Positions 19,145 through 29,633 of a stretch of DNA of 64,000 bases are shown piece after piece (position 1 is the stretch's first letter; each line of letters opens with the position of its first letter). This stretch comes from an uncultured Planctomycetaceae bacterium (lineage in GTDB: Bacteria; Planctomycetota; Planctomycetia; Planctomycetales; Planctomycetaceae), in the NCBI GenBank assembly GCA_963813715.1, contig CAWFAK010000005.1, forward strand, positions 864,001 to 928,000, in the 5' to 3' direction. The notes beneath the pieces are model-generated. The model saw only the letters and a list, made by a program, of their open reading frames with translations. It did no database searches and was not told the DNA's origin. The translations under genes were made by a program, and so were the position numbers.

Positions 19145-21379
19145 TCATTCTCGCCGCGCCCCTTCCGGAGCGGTCCCCATTTGATAGAGGGGCAGGAAGC
19201 GATAATACACTTCCAGACAAAGCGTGCTCAACGCGGTGGAATAGATGCGGCCGCCGTATTGGGCCCAGGGGCCGAGCGGATCCCAGCTGCCCGCGAAATC
19301 GCCGTCAGTCCGCTGTTCGGAGGTCAACAGGTCGCGGATCGCTCCGTTCCAATCGCGCCAGCCCTCGCCCCCGTATTGGTACATGGCCAGCGTCCCGTAG
19401 TACCAGTAGTACTCGTTGAAGGTCGTCCGCGTGGGGAGCCGGGCGAGCAGATATTCGGCGGCCTCGCGTGAGGCCGCGTTGTCCCGCCGCATGCCGAGCA
19501 TTTGTTTGCAGAACATGGCCTCGGCCGTCATCGAGGGGGACGGCGGTGAGTCTTCGCGGTAGCCGGCCAGTCCGCCGTAGGTCCCCAGGCTGCGGCCCTT
19601 GAGGAACGCGACGACGTCGGCCTTGGCGTTCCGCGGCACATTCACGCCGGCGATTTCGGCACTCTTGAGCGCCATCAAGTGCCAACCCGACATGCTGATG
19701 TCGCTCTTCTGACCTTTGAGGTAGCGCCACCCGCCGTCTGGATTTTGATTTTGCAGGATGTAGTGCACGCCGCGCAACAGCGGCTCGCGGAGCATGGTGT
19801 TGGAGGTCGGATCGTTCTGCATGCCGTACGCCTCGGCAATGGCGTAGGTGGCGATGCCGTGGCAATAGTTCATCGCGAAGTGACCCGCGTCGAAGCCGAG
19901 ATTGCCGTCCGACTTTTGTTGCGAGATCAACCACCGCAGCGCCCGGTCGACGGTCTCGGAGTATTGGCCCTCTTCGTGCGTGTAGCCCGCGCCAAGAAAC
20001 GCGAGCACGGCAAGCGCCGTCACGCCGCTGTCGGCGTCGCGGCCGGCGTAATCGCGGTCGACTCCGTTTTCGTCGAACTTCACCTTGCCGGCGCCGAACG
20101 CTTTCGCTTCCCAGCGGCCGTCGCGGCTTTGCATCTTGGACAGCCAGCGGAGGCTGGCCTCGACGGCGTGCTCGGACTGTTCGGTGCCGCCGAACTGGCG
20201 GGCGTTTTCTTTGCGATTGGACAGTTTTCGCAGGCGATAGGTCGGCGCCACGCCCGCGCTGCGTTTGACGATCAACGGCTCCGACCCGACTCCGGAGCCT
20301 TGGATGGCGGGCGACGGGCGGTCGTCGGGCGACTGATAATCCTCGACGCGCGTCGGCTCGGGCTGCGGCGTTGTGGATCCGCTCAATGCGCCGCTCGGCA
20401 CACGATCGACCACCATCCCCGAAAGTGCACCGGGCTGTTGCGGCGTGATCGCCCCAGCGGCCGAAGGGCTGGCGATGGTCGCCGGCTTTGCCGGCTGGGC
20501 GACGCTCGGGTCCGTTTCCATTTGCGGCGTCGGTACCGGGGCGGGGGCCGCGTCGCGACGGAGCGGATCGGTCCCTGGAATGCTGGCGACATTCGCCTTG
20601 GGAGCGGGAACGGGCAAATCGGGCAGCGACGACGGTTCGGGATACATGGACTCGTCGGGGACCGAGGGCAGCCCGGTCGTCACGGGTGTCTGACGCTCGA
20701 CACTGGCTGCCGCCGTCGGTGCGGTCGAACGCTCGGCGGGCCGCGGAACGGTGTCGGCCGCCGGGGTTGAGAGCGGGGCCGACTTGGGGACTTCGATGTC
20801 GGGCGTCTGCGTCGATTTTTTCGGAGTCGCCGCGGATTCTTGCAAGGGCGTGGCCGTCGGCGGCGGCTGCACGTCGGGCAGCGTCGCCAGATCGGGGGCC
20901 GGCAGTTCGGCGGGTTTCGGCGACTGGGCCACGCGGCCTACGCTCGGCGCGGCGGCCGGCGCCGGCAGCGTTGGCTGCGGGCCGAGCGGCTTCATCTGCC
21001 CGGGATTGGCGATGCGGTCCCACACGGGCGTCTGACCGGCGCCGCCGACGTCGGCTCCGAAATCGCGTTCGGCTTGCGCAGTCACGCTGCGGATAACCAC
21101 GCGGTGCGATTGCTCGCCGCCGTCGGGATCGCCGGGGGGTAGGACAGGGGTCGGCACGACGGTCACCACGCCGACCAGGCAGCCGAAGTGAAGCATCAGT
21201 GAGAAGAGCAGCGCTTTGCCGGTGACGCGGCGGTCGCCCCAGCGGGTGACGAACATCGTGATCAGGTGCAGCGCCGACAGGATGCACGCCCCGATCAACA
21301 CGCCCCACAGCAGCGATTGCGGATCGAGCTTGGTCCCCTGCAGAAAGTGGCGCAGCAAGTCGCCGACGGCGTGCCTCAT
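19145..21379 (-). CDS. Membrane-anchored Pro-rich protein with C-terminal prenyltransferase/squalene-oxidase-repeat (alpha/alpha barrel) domain
   Basis: Two N-terminal TM helices, ~350-aa P/A/T/S-rich linker, QW-like repeats QSRDGRW, QKSDG, QNPDGGWRY, YYWYYGT, AGSWDP, LEVYYR. Confidence 0.85.
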   Translation of the reverse strand: MRHAVGDLLRHFLQGTKLDPQSLLWGVLIGACILSALHLITMFVTRWGDRRVTGKALLFSLMLHFGCLVGVVTVVPTPVLPPGDPDGGEQSHRVVIRSVTAQAERDFGADVGGAGQTPVWDRIANPGQMKPLGPQPTLPAPAAAPSVGRVAQSPKPAELPAPDLATLPDVQPPPTATPLQESAATPKKSTQTPDIEVPKSAPLSTPAADTVPRPAERSTAPTAAASVERQTPVTTGLPSVPDESMYPEPSSLPDLPVPAPKANVASIPGTDPLRRDAAPAPVPTPQMETDPSVAQPAKPATIASPSAAGAITPQQPGALSGMVVDRVPSGALSGSTTPQPEPTRVEDYQSPDDRPSPAIQGSGVGSEPLIVKRSAGVAPTYRLRKLSNRKENARQFGGTEQSEHAVEASLRWLSKMQSRDGRWEAKAFGAGKVKFDENGVDRDYAGRDADSGVTALAVLAFLGAGYTHEEGQYSETVDRALRWLISQQKSDGNLGFDAGHFAMNYCHGIATYAIAEAYGMQNDPTSNTMLREPLLRGVHYILQNQNPDGGWRYLKGQKSDISMSGWHLMALKSAEIAGVNVPRNAKADVVAFLKGRSLGTYGGLAGYREDSPPSPSMTAEAMFCKQMLGMRRDNAASREAAEYLLARLPTRTTFNEYYWYYGTLAMYQYGGEGWRDWNGAIRDLLTSEQRTDGDFAGSWDPLGPWAQYGGRIYSTALSTLCLEVYYRFLPLYQMGTAPEGARRE

Positions 21380-21807
21380 CGGTGGGCCTCGGACTTGAGG
21401 CGCACGGGCAGCGACACGACGTTGATCTTCGCTCGGTCGCACACCGCCAGCACGTCGACCACGTTTTGATACGGGCCCTGTCCCTCGCCGCGAATCAGCA
21501 CGGTCTGGTCGGCGTAGTTCTTCTTGGCCTTCACCAGCTCGGCTTCCAATTCCGGCAACGTCCGCGGCTTGCCGTTGAGTTGCAACTTGCCGTTGGCGGC
21601 AACGTTGACGACCATCTCGTCGGGCAGGGCGGTCAGCGGGCGGGCGCTGGCGGCGGTGGCCAGCTGCACGTCGAACTTCTGCTCGGCGTCCTCGTCGGCG
21701 GCAAATCGCGTGGCCAACATCAGGAACAGGAGCAGGTTGAAGACGATGTCGACGAGGGGCGTGAGGTTGATGTGCGGCTCCTCCATCGGCTCCTGCTTGA
21801 ATGGCAT
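21376..21807 (-). CDS. exbD: ExbD/TolR family protein
   Basis: INLTPLVDIVFNLLLFLM (essential TM Asp), VLIRGE, YQNVVDVL; stop overlaps the next ATG (ATGA). Confidence 0.9.
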   Translation of the reverse strand: MPFKQEPMEEPHINLTPLVDIVFNLLLFLMLATRFAADEDAEQKFDVQLATAASARPLTALPDEMVVNVAANGKLQLNGKPRTLPELEAELVKAKKNYADQTVLIRGEGQGPYQNVVDVLAVCDRAKINVVSLPVRLKSEAHR

Positions 21808-21906
21808 CGCACACCCTCCGGAATGGCCCCATCGTCTAACCCGAACTATATCCCAGACCGGCAGTTTGGGTACATGCGAGAAGTTCGGGGGAGGCGGGTC
21901 TCGGCG

Positions 21907-23292
21907 TCAGCGTTCGGGAGGCGCGGTCTCTCCCGTCGCGGCCTGAATTCCTGCGGCGGCGGCCGGCAGGATGCCCATTTGCGTATAGATGGGCCGCACG
22001 ATCTGGCGAATCTTCGGCAGCTGCCGGGCGAACAGGGCGGCTCCCACCAGGCAGACGCCGCCGCCCAGCCGCACCGTGTTTTCGGTGCCGATGCGCGAGG
22101 CCAGGTTGCCGGCGACGAGGCTGCCCAAGGGGGCCATGCCCAGAAAGGCCACGGTGTATAGACTCATCACGCGGCCCCGCTTCTGTTCTTGCACGATCGT
22201 TTGCAGGATCGTGTTGCTCGCGGCCAATTGCACGATGATCGAGAAGCCGGCCACGCAGAGGATGGCCATCGACAGCAGGAGATTGGTCGAATAGGAGAAG
22301 GCAATCAGCGAGAGGGCGAAGGTGGCGGCCGTCCCCGCGATCCAGCGTCCCAGTCCGACGACCGTGCTTCGCGAAGCAAGATAGAGGCTGCCGGTCAGCG
22401 CCCCGACTCCCGAAGCCCCGGCCAAAAATCCGAACGTCCGCGCGTCGCCGTGCAGAATGTCGCCGGCAAAAATCGGCAAGAGCACGACGTAGGGCATGCC
22501 GACCAGGCCGGTGAGGGCCACCAAGAGCAGGATGGCGCGGACGGGGGCAAACCCGAAGGCGTAGACGAAGCCCTCGTGCAAGCCTCTCACCACGGACCCA
22601 TGCGACGTTTTGGGCGGCCGCGGCGCCAGCTTCATCGCCAGGAGTGCGGCGATCACGAACAGAAAGCTCACGCCGTTAACCAAAAAGCAGATCGCTTCGC
22701 CGACAAGGCTGATGATCATGCCGGCGATCGAGGGGCCCAACAGTCGCGCCCCGTTGACCATTGACGAATTGAGGGCGATGGCGTTGGGCAAGTCGCCCGA
22801 CGAGTCGACGATCTCGGTCATGAAGGCCTGCCGCGTCGGCATGTCGAACGCATTGATGCAGCCCAGGCAAAAGCAGAGCACGATCAGCTGGTCGATGGTG
22901 ATCAACTGGGTGACGGTCAAGAAGCCCAGGAGAAATGCCTGGATCATCGACAGCGTTTGCGTGGCGATGATGATTCGCCGGCGGTCCCAGCGATCGCTGT
23001 ACACGCCGGCGAACAGGCCCAAGAGCAAGACGGGGATCTGCCCGGCGAAATTCGTGATGCCCAGCAGAAAGGCCGAGTCGCGGTGCTGCTCCTTGGAGAG
23101 TCGGTAGACGAGCCAGGTCATGGCCGTCGACTGCATCCAGGTGCCCAAGAGCGAGATGGTCTGCCCGCCGAAGAACAAGCGGAAGTTGCGATGGGCCAGC
23201 GATCGGCCGATTTCGCGCCAGCCCTGCCGGGCCGAGGGCCGGCCCGGAGGCCCGCCCGGAGCTGCGGCTTCTTCCGTTTTCGGTTGGCTCAT
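21907..23292 (-). CDS. MFS transporter (H+ antiporter / DUF894-like)
   Basis: LAHRNFRLFFGGQTISLLGTWMQ, GVYSDRWDRR, AFDMPTRQAF, NAIALNS, RGRVMS; about 12 TM helices. Confidence 0.9.
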   Translation of the reverse strand: MSQPKTEEAAAPGGPPGRPSARQGWREIGRSLAHRNFRLFFGGQTISLLGTWMQSTAMTWLVYRLSKEQHRDSAFLLGITNFAGQIPVLLLGLFAGVYSDRWDRRRIIIATQTLSMIQAFLLGFLTVTQLITIDQLIVLCFCLGCINAFDMPTRQAFMTEIVDSSGDLPNAIALNSSMVNGARLLGPSIAGMIISLVGEAICFLVNGVSFLFVIAALLAMKLAPRPPKTSHGSVVRGLHEGFVYAFGFAPVRAILLLVALTGLVGMPYVVLLPIFAGDILHGDARTFGFLAGASGVGALTGSLYLASRSTVVGLGRWIAGTAATFALSLIAFSYSTNLLLSMAILCVAGFSIIVQLAASNTILQTIVQEQKRGRVMSLYTVAFLGMAPLGSLVAGNLASRIGTENTVRLGGGVCLVGAALFARQLPKIRQIVRPIYTQMGILPAAAAGIQAATGETAPPER

Positions 23293-23428
23293 GCCCGTTC
23301 GCCCAGCCTTGTAGCCCCAGTCTGCGCAGGCGCAACTTACACGTCGCAACTTAGCTAACGCGCCTGCCCCTCGCTAGGCGGAACGCGCAGGCGGCAGTGC
23401 GCGGGCAATTGCGTTGCGGGAAAAACAA

Positions 23429-23461
23429 AGACGGCGTTCCGAACTGGCCGGAACGCCGTCT
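23429..23461 (-). terminator. Intrinsic terminator
   Basis: 13-bp stem agacggcgttccg / cggaacgccgtct followed on the minus strand by TTGTTTTT. Confidence 0.8.
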
Positions 23462-23519
23462 GAATTTGTCGACTGCTGGTCGGTGACCAGCAACCCGTCG
23501 CGTGCTGCCTGAGCGGTAG

Positions 23520-23960
23520 TTACTTCGCGGCGTCTTTGCTCTTTTCGAAGGCCTTGGCGAAGACTTTGTCGCCGAAGGCCATGTTCAGTTGCTTCTTATC
23601 TTTGGCGGCCTCGAACTTGGCTTTGCACTTGTCGCAGCAGAAGGAGACGCTGAGATCGCCGACTTTCACCGCGGTCGACGCATCCACCGCCTCACCCGAA
23701 AGCGGGCACTTAGTCTGCTTGTACTGTCCGCTCTCGACCAGCTGCATGTTGGCTTTGGTGGCGAACTTCTTCGTGTTCGCTTCGAATGCCTTGGGGCAGT
23801 TGTCGCAGCAGAAGAAGACCTGACCGTCCTTGTACTTGGCGGCGTGATCCTTGCTCGCCGGTTTGCCCGAAACGGGGCACTTCAGCTCATCGGCCGCCTG
23901 GGCCGAGAGACAGAAACAGAGCGACGCAATAACGACGGCGATCGACGAAATCCTCTGCAT
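23520..23960 (-). CDS. Secreted protein with two YHS/TRASH-like Cys motifs
   Basis: Signal peptide (AQA|ADE); CPVSG…FCCDNC and CPLSG…FCCDKC. Confidence 0.85.
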   Translation of the reverse strand: MQRISSIAVVIASLCFCLSAQAADELKCPVSGKPASKDHAAKYKDGQVFFCCDNCPKAFEANTKKFATKANMQLVESGQYKQTKCPLSGEAVDASTAVKVGDLSVSFCCDKCKAKFEAAKDKKQLNMAFGDKVFAKAFEKSKDAAK

Positions 23961-24125
23961 GGCTGATAACCCTTTGCACGCCACGGAAATACATGACTGT
24001 TCTTCTACCGATAAGATCACGTTTATCTGTCAAAAAGTCAACCGCAGCCGCTAATCGGCGTCGGAAGTGCATGCCCGCACACTTTGTTTCATAATGGACT
24101 TTTTAAGTTTCTGCAGAGGTAAGGC

Positions 24126-25351
24126 ATGTCTGACGATCTGGCTCAACGCCTACGCGCAGCGACGGGGGCCTCCGATCGATTTCGCATCTCCGTGATGGGC
24201 GAAGACAGCGTTGCGCCCGTGCAGCACGAATTCAACTATCCCTTCGTAGTGATCGGCCGCGGGGAAGGTTGCGATATCCTCCTGCAAAATCCGCGGGTCA
24301 GCTTCCGCCACGCCTACTTGCAAGTCATCGAGGGGCGCGTGTTCTGCGTCGATCTGGCCAGCCGCAACGGCATTGCTTGGCCCGACGGACCGCGGAAATT
24401 TGGCTGGCTGCGTCCCGACGAACCGATCCAGATCGGTCCTTACATTCTGAGCGTGATGGGAGACGACGCCAGCGATCGCGTCGCAGGAAGAGTCGTTGGT
24501 GGATCTCAATCCGCTCGAGCGCTACCGGGGACAGGCCGGTCCCATGCCGATGGTCGACCTCGAATTCCGCTACGAGACCGCCGGCCAGCCGACGTGGTCG
24601 GTGAACCGGCTGCTGACGCTCATCGGCCGCAGCCCGGTCTGCAAGCTACGTTTCGACACGCCCAAGGTGTCGGGCGTCCACTGCGGCCTGCTGCTGACGC
24701 GGCACGGACTGTGGGCCATCGATCTGCGCGGACGCGGGGGCACGCGGGTCGACGGCGAGCCGATTCGCGCCCAGCCGCTGGAAAGCGGCAACGAGATCAG
24801 CTTCGGCGAATTCCAGATCGCCGTATTTTACGACGAACCGCCCGACCTGGCGGCCCCCGATCGCTTGACCGACAACGCGTCCGGGGCGGAAACTTCACTC
24901 AGCGACATCGAATCTCCCTACTTGCACGACGAGCCGGTTCCCGAAACGGCCGTCGCCCGGCCCGAGGAGACAGGGCGGGAGGACGCCGAATGGCACGGGT
25001 CGATCTTCCAGATCGAGCCGACGGCCAAGGCGCTCGTGGTGATTCCGATCGCGGACCATTGCGGCTTCCGTTATCAGCAATTGCACATTGAGGCAAACAA
25101 ATTGCAGAGGATGTTCGAAACGCGGGCCTTCGAGCACCTGGTGATGGATTTGGAGCAGCCTGAGCTATTTTGGCACCGAGTTGATCGGCGTTATGATTCG
25201 CCTGGCTCGGGCCGTCACCAACTTTGGCGGAAAATCGGCCTTTTGCGCCCCGTCTCCCCGCATGCTGGAAGTGTTGGAGAGCATGAGGCTCACCAAGCTC
25301 TGGCCGATTTTCCCGAGTCGGGACGAGGCGCTGCAACACGTCAAGGGATAA
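24126..25351 (+). CDS. FHA-FHA-STAS domain protein; frameshifts at ~24490 and ~25160
   Basis: FHA1 IGRG…VSFRHA…DLASRNG; FHA2 IGRS…VSGVHC; third frame gives LSYFGTELIG…AFCAPSPRMLEVL…IFPSRDEALQHVKG* (TAA 25349-25351). Confidence 0.8.
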
Positions 25352-25400
25352 CGCCGTTGAGGGTCGCTCCTTGACCGCTTTTTTCAAAAGGAGTCCAACC

Positions 25401-26672
25401 ATGTTCCGATGGACCGCATTCGAGCGGCCGCGCGATCGCCGGTTTGCTCGCGCTCATCGGTTTGTTTTTGTCCGCTGCCTCGGCCACGGCCAATCAGACG
25501 CCGGGCCCAGCACTTCCGGAGACGAGCCTGGGTCAGCCCGGAACGCCTCCGAAAAATCCTCCGAGCGGATCGAAGACAACCAAGCCGGCCCCGAACGCGT
25601 CGGGCCCCGCCTTGCCGGCTCCGAGCCCCACGCAGGGAACGCCCCAGCCGACTCCGGTTCCCGGTGCTTTGCCGCAGCCGACGCCGGCTCCCTATCCGCA
25701 ATCGACGTCGCCCTCCCCGGCGATTCCGGGTCTCGGCGGTTTGATGACGCCCAATGGCATCGCCCTGCCTGGCGGCGTGGGTTTCATTCGGCCGGGGGCC
25801 GATAGCGTGGGCGTCCAGATCAACACGCCGGACGGTCCCATCGAATTCACCGTTCCCCGCCGTCGTCGCAATGCGCGACAACAACCAGAGGAGCCGCCCC
25901 CTCCCGGATCCAACACCGACGCGCCGCTGTTCGGACAGGCGGGCACCGCGCCGACTCCCGCGGTGCCGCAAGCAAGCGTACTCCGGGCCGCCGATTGACA
26001 ATGATCGCCGACTGCCCGGCGAACGACTCCGCCGGACGCCGGCAACGGCCGGCCGAGCCGCGGCTCGCGCGAGTTCGCGCACGATTCACGACTGTTTCAC
26101 GCGCGAAACTACGCGTTGGTGCTTCGCCGGGTGACTCGCGCGCTCAGTCGCGATCCCGAGCGACCGCGATTTGTTGCAGCTGCGATCGCTGACTCAGCTC
26201 GCGCTGGGCGATTTCAAGGCCGCCTCTGCCGACGCGATGGTCGTGCTGGCGCAGGACGACGTGTGGGACTGGGCCACGTTGCGGTCGCTGTATCATGCGG
26301 CCGACGAGTACACGTCCCTTTATCGCAGCCTGGAAGATCGGGTGATCGCCAGCCCGAACGCGGTCAATCTCAGGGTCTTGTTGGCCTATCACAACTTGAT
26401 GTTGGGCCATCAGCGACGCGGCTCGCCGGCATTTCGAGCGAGTGGCGGCTCTCGATCCGTCCAACGAAGTGGCTCGCCGGATGATCGCCGCCGAGCAGCC
26501 GCCGCAACCGCGGGCGGAAGCGTCGCATATGCCTCCGTCGCCTCAGTCGTCGGCCGCGCAGCCCGCGCTCATCCCGATCCCGGCCCGCAGCCGACCCGGT
26601 TCCAGCAGCGCTCCGACAACGGACGGTCCAGGCGATCGACCTGGGACAGCCGGCCCCCGCACCAGGAGCTGA
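25401..26672 (+). CDS. Secreted Pro-rich TPR-like protein; several frameshifts
   Basis: Signal peptide, P/T/S-rich N-terminus, helical segments LQLRSLTQLALGDFKAA, WDWATLRSLY, VLLAYHNLMLG, ALDPSNEVARR. Confidence 0.65.
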
Positions 26673-26761
26673 GCCGGCGCCCCCAAAACCGTAAAGGATC
26701 GCGAGCCGGAGAAGTAGTCAACGGAATCGGCGCAGCTCGGGCCAGCCGTCGGAGCGACCGT

Positions 26762-27139
26762 CTAGTGGGGCGTGCGCGGGCGGCGGACGGCGTCGATCGC
26801 CTCGCGACGCGTCGGGTAGTAGGGCATGACCGAATCGATCTTCATGATCTGCAGCATGTCGAGCATGCCGTCGGACGCGTTGCAAAACGCGGCCAGGCCG
26901 CCCCGGTTGTTGGCCTTTTTGCACAAGGCCATGATCGCGCCGATCACCAGCGAGCCATAGTGCGGCGCGTTGCCGACGTCGACGACGACATTGATGAGCC
27001 CCGGTGCGTCCATCATCTTGTGCAGCGCGTCGACCTCGCGGCGCAGATCGGACTCGAGCACCTGCAGAGAGTCGCCGTTGGGAATGACGATCAGCGTGTC
27101 GTCCTGGCGCTCGAACTGAAAGACCTTGGAGGGACGCAT
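26762..27139 (-). CDS. STAS domain anti-sigma factor antagonist
   Basis: VVVDVGNAPHYGSLVIG, AFCNAS, YPTRREAI. Confidence 0.85.
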   Translation of the reverse strand: MRPSKVFQFERQDDTLIVIPNGDSLQVLESDLRREVDALHKMMDAPGLINVVVDVGNAPHYGSLVIGAIMALCKKANNRGGLAAFCNASDGMLDMLQIMKIDSVMPYYPTRREAIDAVRRPRTPH

Positions 27140-27342
27140 CGGGCGGGTTTGGCCCTACTACATCGTCTAAAGGGCAATATCGTCTAACGGGCGGATGAGT
27201 CTGGCTCAGCCACCCGGTCGCGGCCGGCGAAGTAATCGCGGGCAGCAACGACGGGCGAAATGGCAACGGTCGATTCCTTCGACCGGATTCATTATCCGCG
27301 ATCCGCGGCCGCATTTCCATCGGCCCTGTTTGCGGCCGGGTT

Positions 27343-29445
27343 TTAGCGGGTGGCGTCGAGCGCCGCTCCGGGCACGCCCGCGGTCTCTTCCGCGGGCAAA
27401 GCGATTCGGGCCTTGGCATTCGTGCTGGCGACGCAGTTGCGTCCGCTCCGCTTGGCCAAAAAGAGCCCTTCGTCGGCCGCCTTGAGCAGCGCCTCGGGAC
27501 TGCGCGTCTGCGGGCTTCGGACGTCGACGCCGATGCTCACGGTGACCGGCCGGCCGAACGGAGACAGGGGACGGGGCAGTTCCTCTTCGATCGCGCGGCG
27601 CAGCCGCTCGGCAAACTGCAGGGCTGAGTCGAAATCGGTCGCGCTGATCACCACGAATTCTTCGCCGCCGAATCGGCAGACCACGTCGGTGCCGCGGACG
27701 TGGCGCTGCAGCACGTTGGCCACCGAACGCAGCACTTCGTCGCCGACGTCGTGTCCGAACGTGTCGTTGACCGCCTTGAAATGGTCGATATCGACCACCA
27801 TGCACGCCAGCGGAGTGCCGCCGCGCCGGGCGGCCGCCCAGTCGTGAGCCAGGCGGTCGATCAGGTAGCGGCGGTTGGGCAGGCCGGTGAGCACGTCCGT
27901 GAGGGCATCCTGCTCGAGCCGGCGGTGGGCGACGGCCAGCTCGGCATGCACGCGATGAATCTCGTCGCGATCGAGGTTCACCTTGTTCTGCAGCGAGACC
28001 ACGCGCAGGCTCGCGCGAATCCGGGCAAACAGCGGCCGGGCCGCGAAGGGCTTGGTCACAAAGTCGTCCACGCCCGCCTCGAACAGCCGCAGCAGCGTCT
28101 CTTCGTCGTCGGGCGGCGTGAGCATGATGATGTAGGCCTGGCGGCCGGCCGCCGTCTGCCGCAGTCGCCGGCACAGTTCCAGGCCGCCGTAGTCGGGCAG
28201 AGCGGCATCGATGATGACCAGCGGCGGCGCAGACTCGAAGAAGATCTGCAAGGCCTCGCGCGCGTCGCCGGCGCATCGCACCTGGTGCCCCGAGAGGACC
28301 AGGAAGCGCTCCAGGAATTCGAGCGACGACGGATCGTGATCGGCCACCAGCACGCGAAGTCCGTCGCCATTCTCGCGGACGTCGCCGACGGTCGGGGTCT
28401 CCGGCTCTGCGGTCGCTTCCAATGAATCTTCCGATTCGAACGGCTCGACCGAGTCGGACTCAGCCGCGGCGTCTGAGCTCGTCGACTCGGACGTGGCTTC
28501 CGGTTGGCCGGCGTTCGGCGCGGGCAGCGAACGGCCCGCTTCGATGAGGTCGGCCAGGTTGGGCGGCTTCTGGGTCGAGATCTCGAGCATCCCGTCCCCA
28601 CTCGGCCCACTGGGCGAAGACCTTGTTCAAACAGGGCCACGAGCGCCTGCGCATCGATGCCCACCGCGTCGCAGCTGGCGACCAGTTCCGCGGCGCTCGC
28701 AGCCGCCTGATGGTCGGTGGCGGCCACGCAAACGTCGGCAATCCGCGAAGCGGCGTGAATGATCCGCGCCAGCTCGCGTCCCGCCGAGCCGCTCTTCCAA
28801 ACCGCTCGCCGCAGGATTCTCGTGGTATTGGGCCGCGTCGCAGATCGCTTTGGGGACGCCCCAGTCGGCCAGCATCACCGCGGTCAGTTCGTTGTGGTCC
28901 GTCACGAACGTCAACTGTTCCAGCCGGGTGAGCGAGTCGGCCGAGCCGTGCTGCCACTGGTCGAGGACGGTCGCGTACTGTTCGGTGTGGATGCTCGCCA
29001 GGGCCAGGCGGCCGATCTGGGCCAAGAGTCCGGCCGTGAATCCGTCGGCCGCGTTCGAGTGCCGCGTGTGCGCCGCTAGAACTTGGGTGGCGACGGCCCG
29101 AGCCAGCGAATGCGACCAGAACCGCTGGTAATCGAAGCCGCGACATTTGCCGCTGCGGTTGCCGGCGAGCACCGTGAAACCCAGGGCGATCGCGCTCACG
29201 GTCCGGGTCCCGAGCCGAGCGACCGCTTCGGCCACGTTGGCGATGGCCCGTCCCGACGCCGCATTGCCCGTGTTGGCCAGCCGCAGCGTGCGGCCGGTCA
29301 GGGCGGGGTCGGCCTGAATGACGCGTCCGATCTCGGCTGCCGAAACGTTTTCGTCCCGCGTCAGCCGCAGAATCTCGAGTCCAATTCCTGTGGGAGAGGG
29401 CAAAAGGCCGGTGGCCTTCAGCTCCTCAAATCGCTTGGCTTGCAT
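27343..29445 (-). CDS. HDOD-REC-GGDEF diguanylate cyclase; frameshifts at ~28600-28780
   Basis: HDOD LPSP, IQADPALTGRTLRLAN, FWSHSL, GLLAQIG, QYHE; REC VLVAD, IID, FVTKP; GGDEF DIDHFKAVNDTFGH, RGTD I-site, RFGGEEF. Confidence 0.88.
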
Positions 29446-29633
29446 CGGTTTGGAGCGCCGCCTGGGACCCGTCGGTTCGCGTCGTAAAAAGATAGTCCCT
29501 AGAATCGATTACGTAGCGGCACGCTCCAACGCGTAGCGGGAACGGACCTGCACGCGGAGCGCTGCGCGCGATTCCATCGGTTGTGCCGCCTGCATCGGTT
29601 TTAAGGCGGCAGCCTGGACCACTGCCGTCCCAC

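Noticed and set aside
19145..21379. Squalene-hopene cyclase / terpene cluster
   Set aside because: Single barrel, no DxDD motif, membrane-anchored with a Pro-rich linker.
29570..29605. Sigma28 promoter upstream of the diguanylate cyclase
   Set aside because: TAAA to ACCGATGG spacing is 18 nt rather than about 15, and the match is weak.
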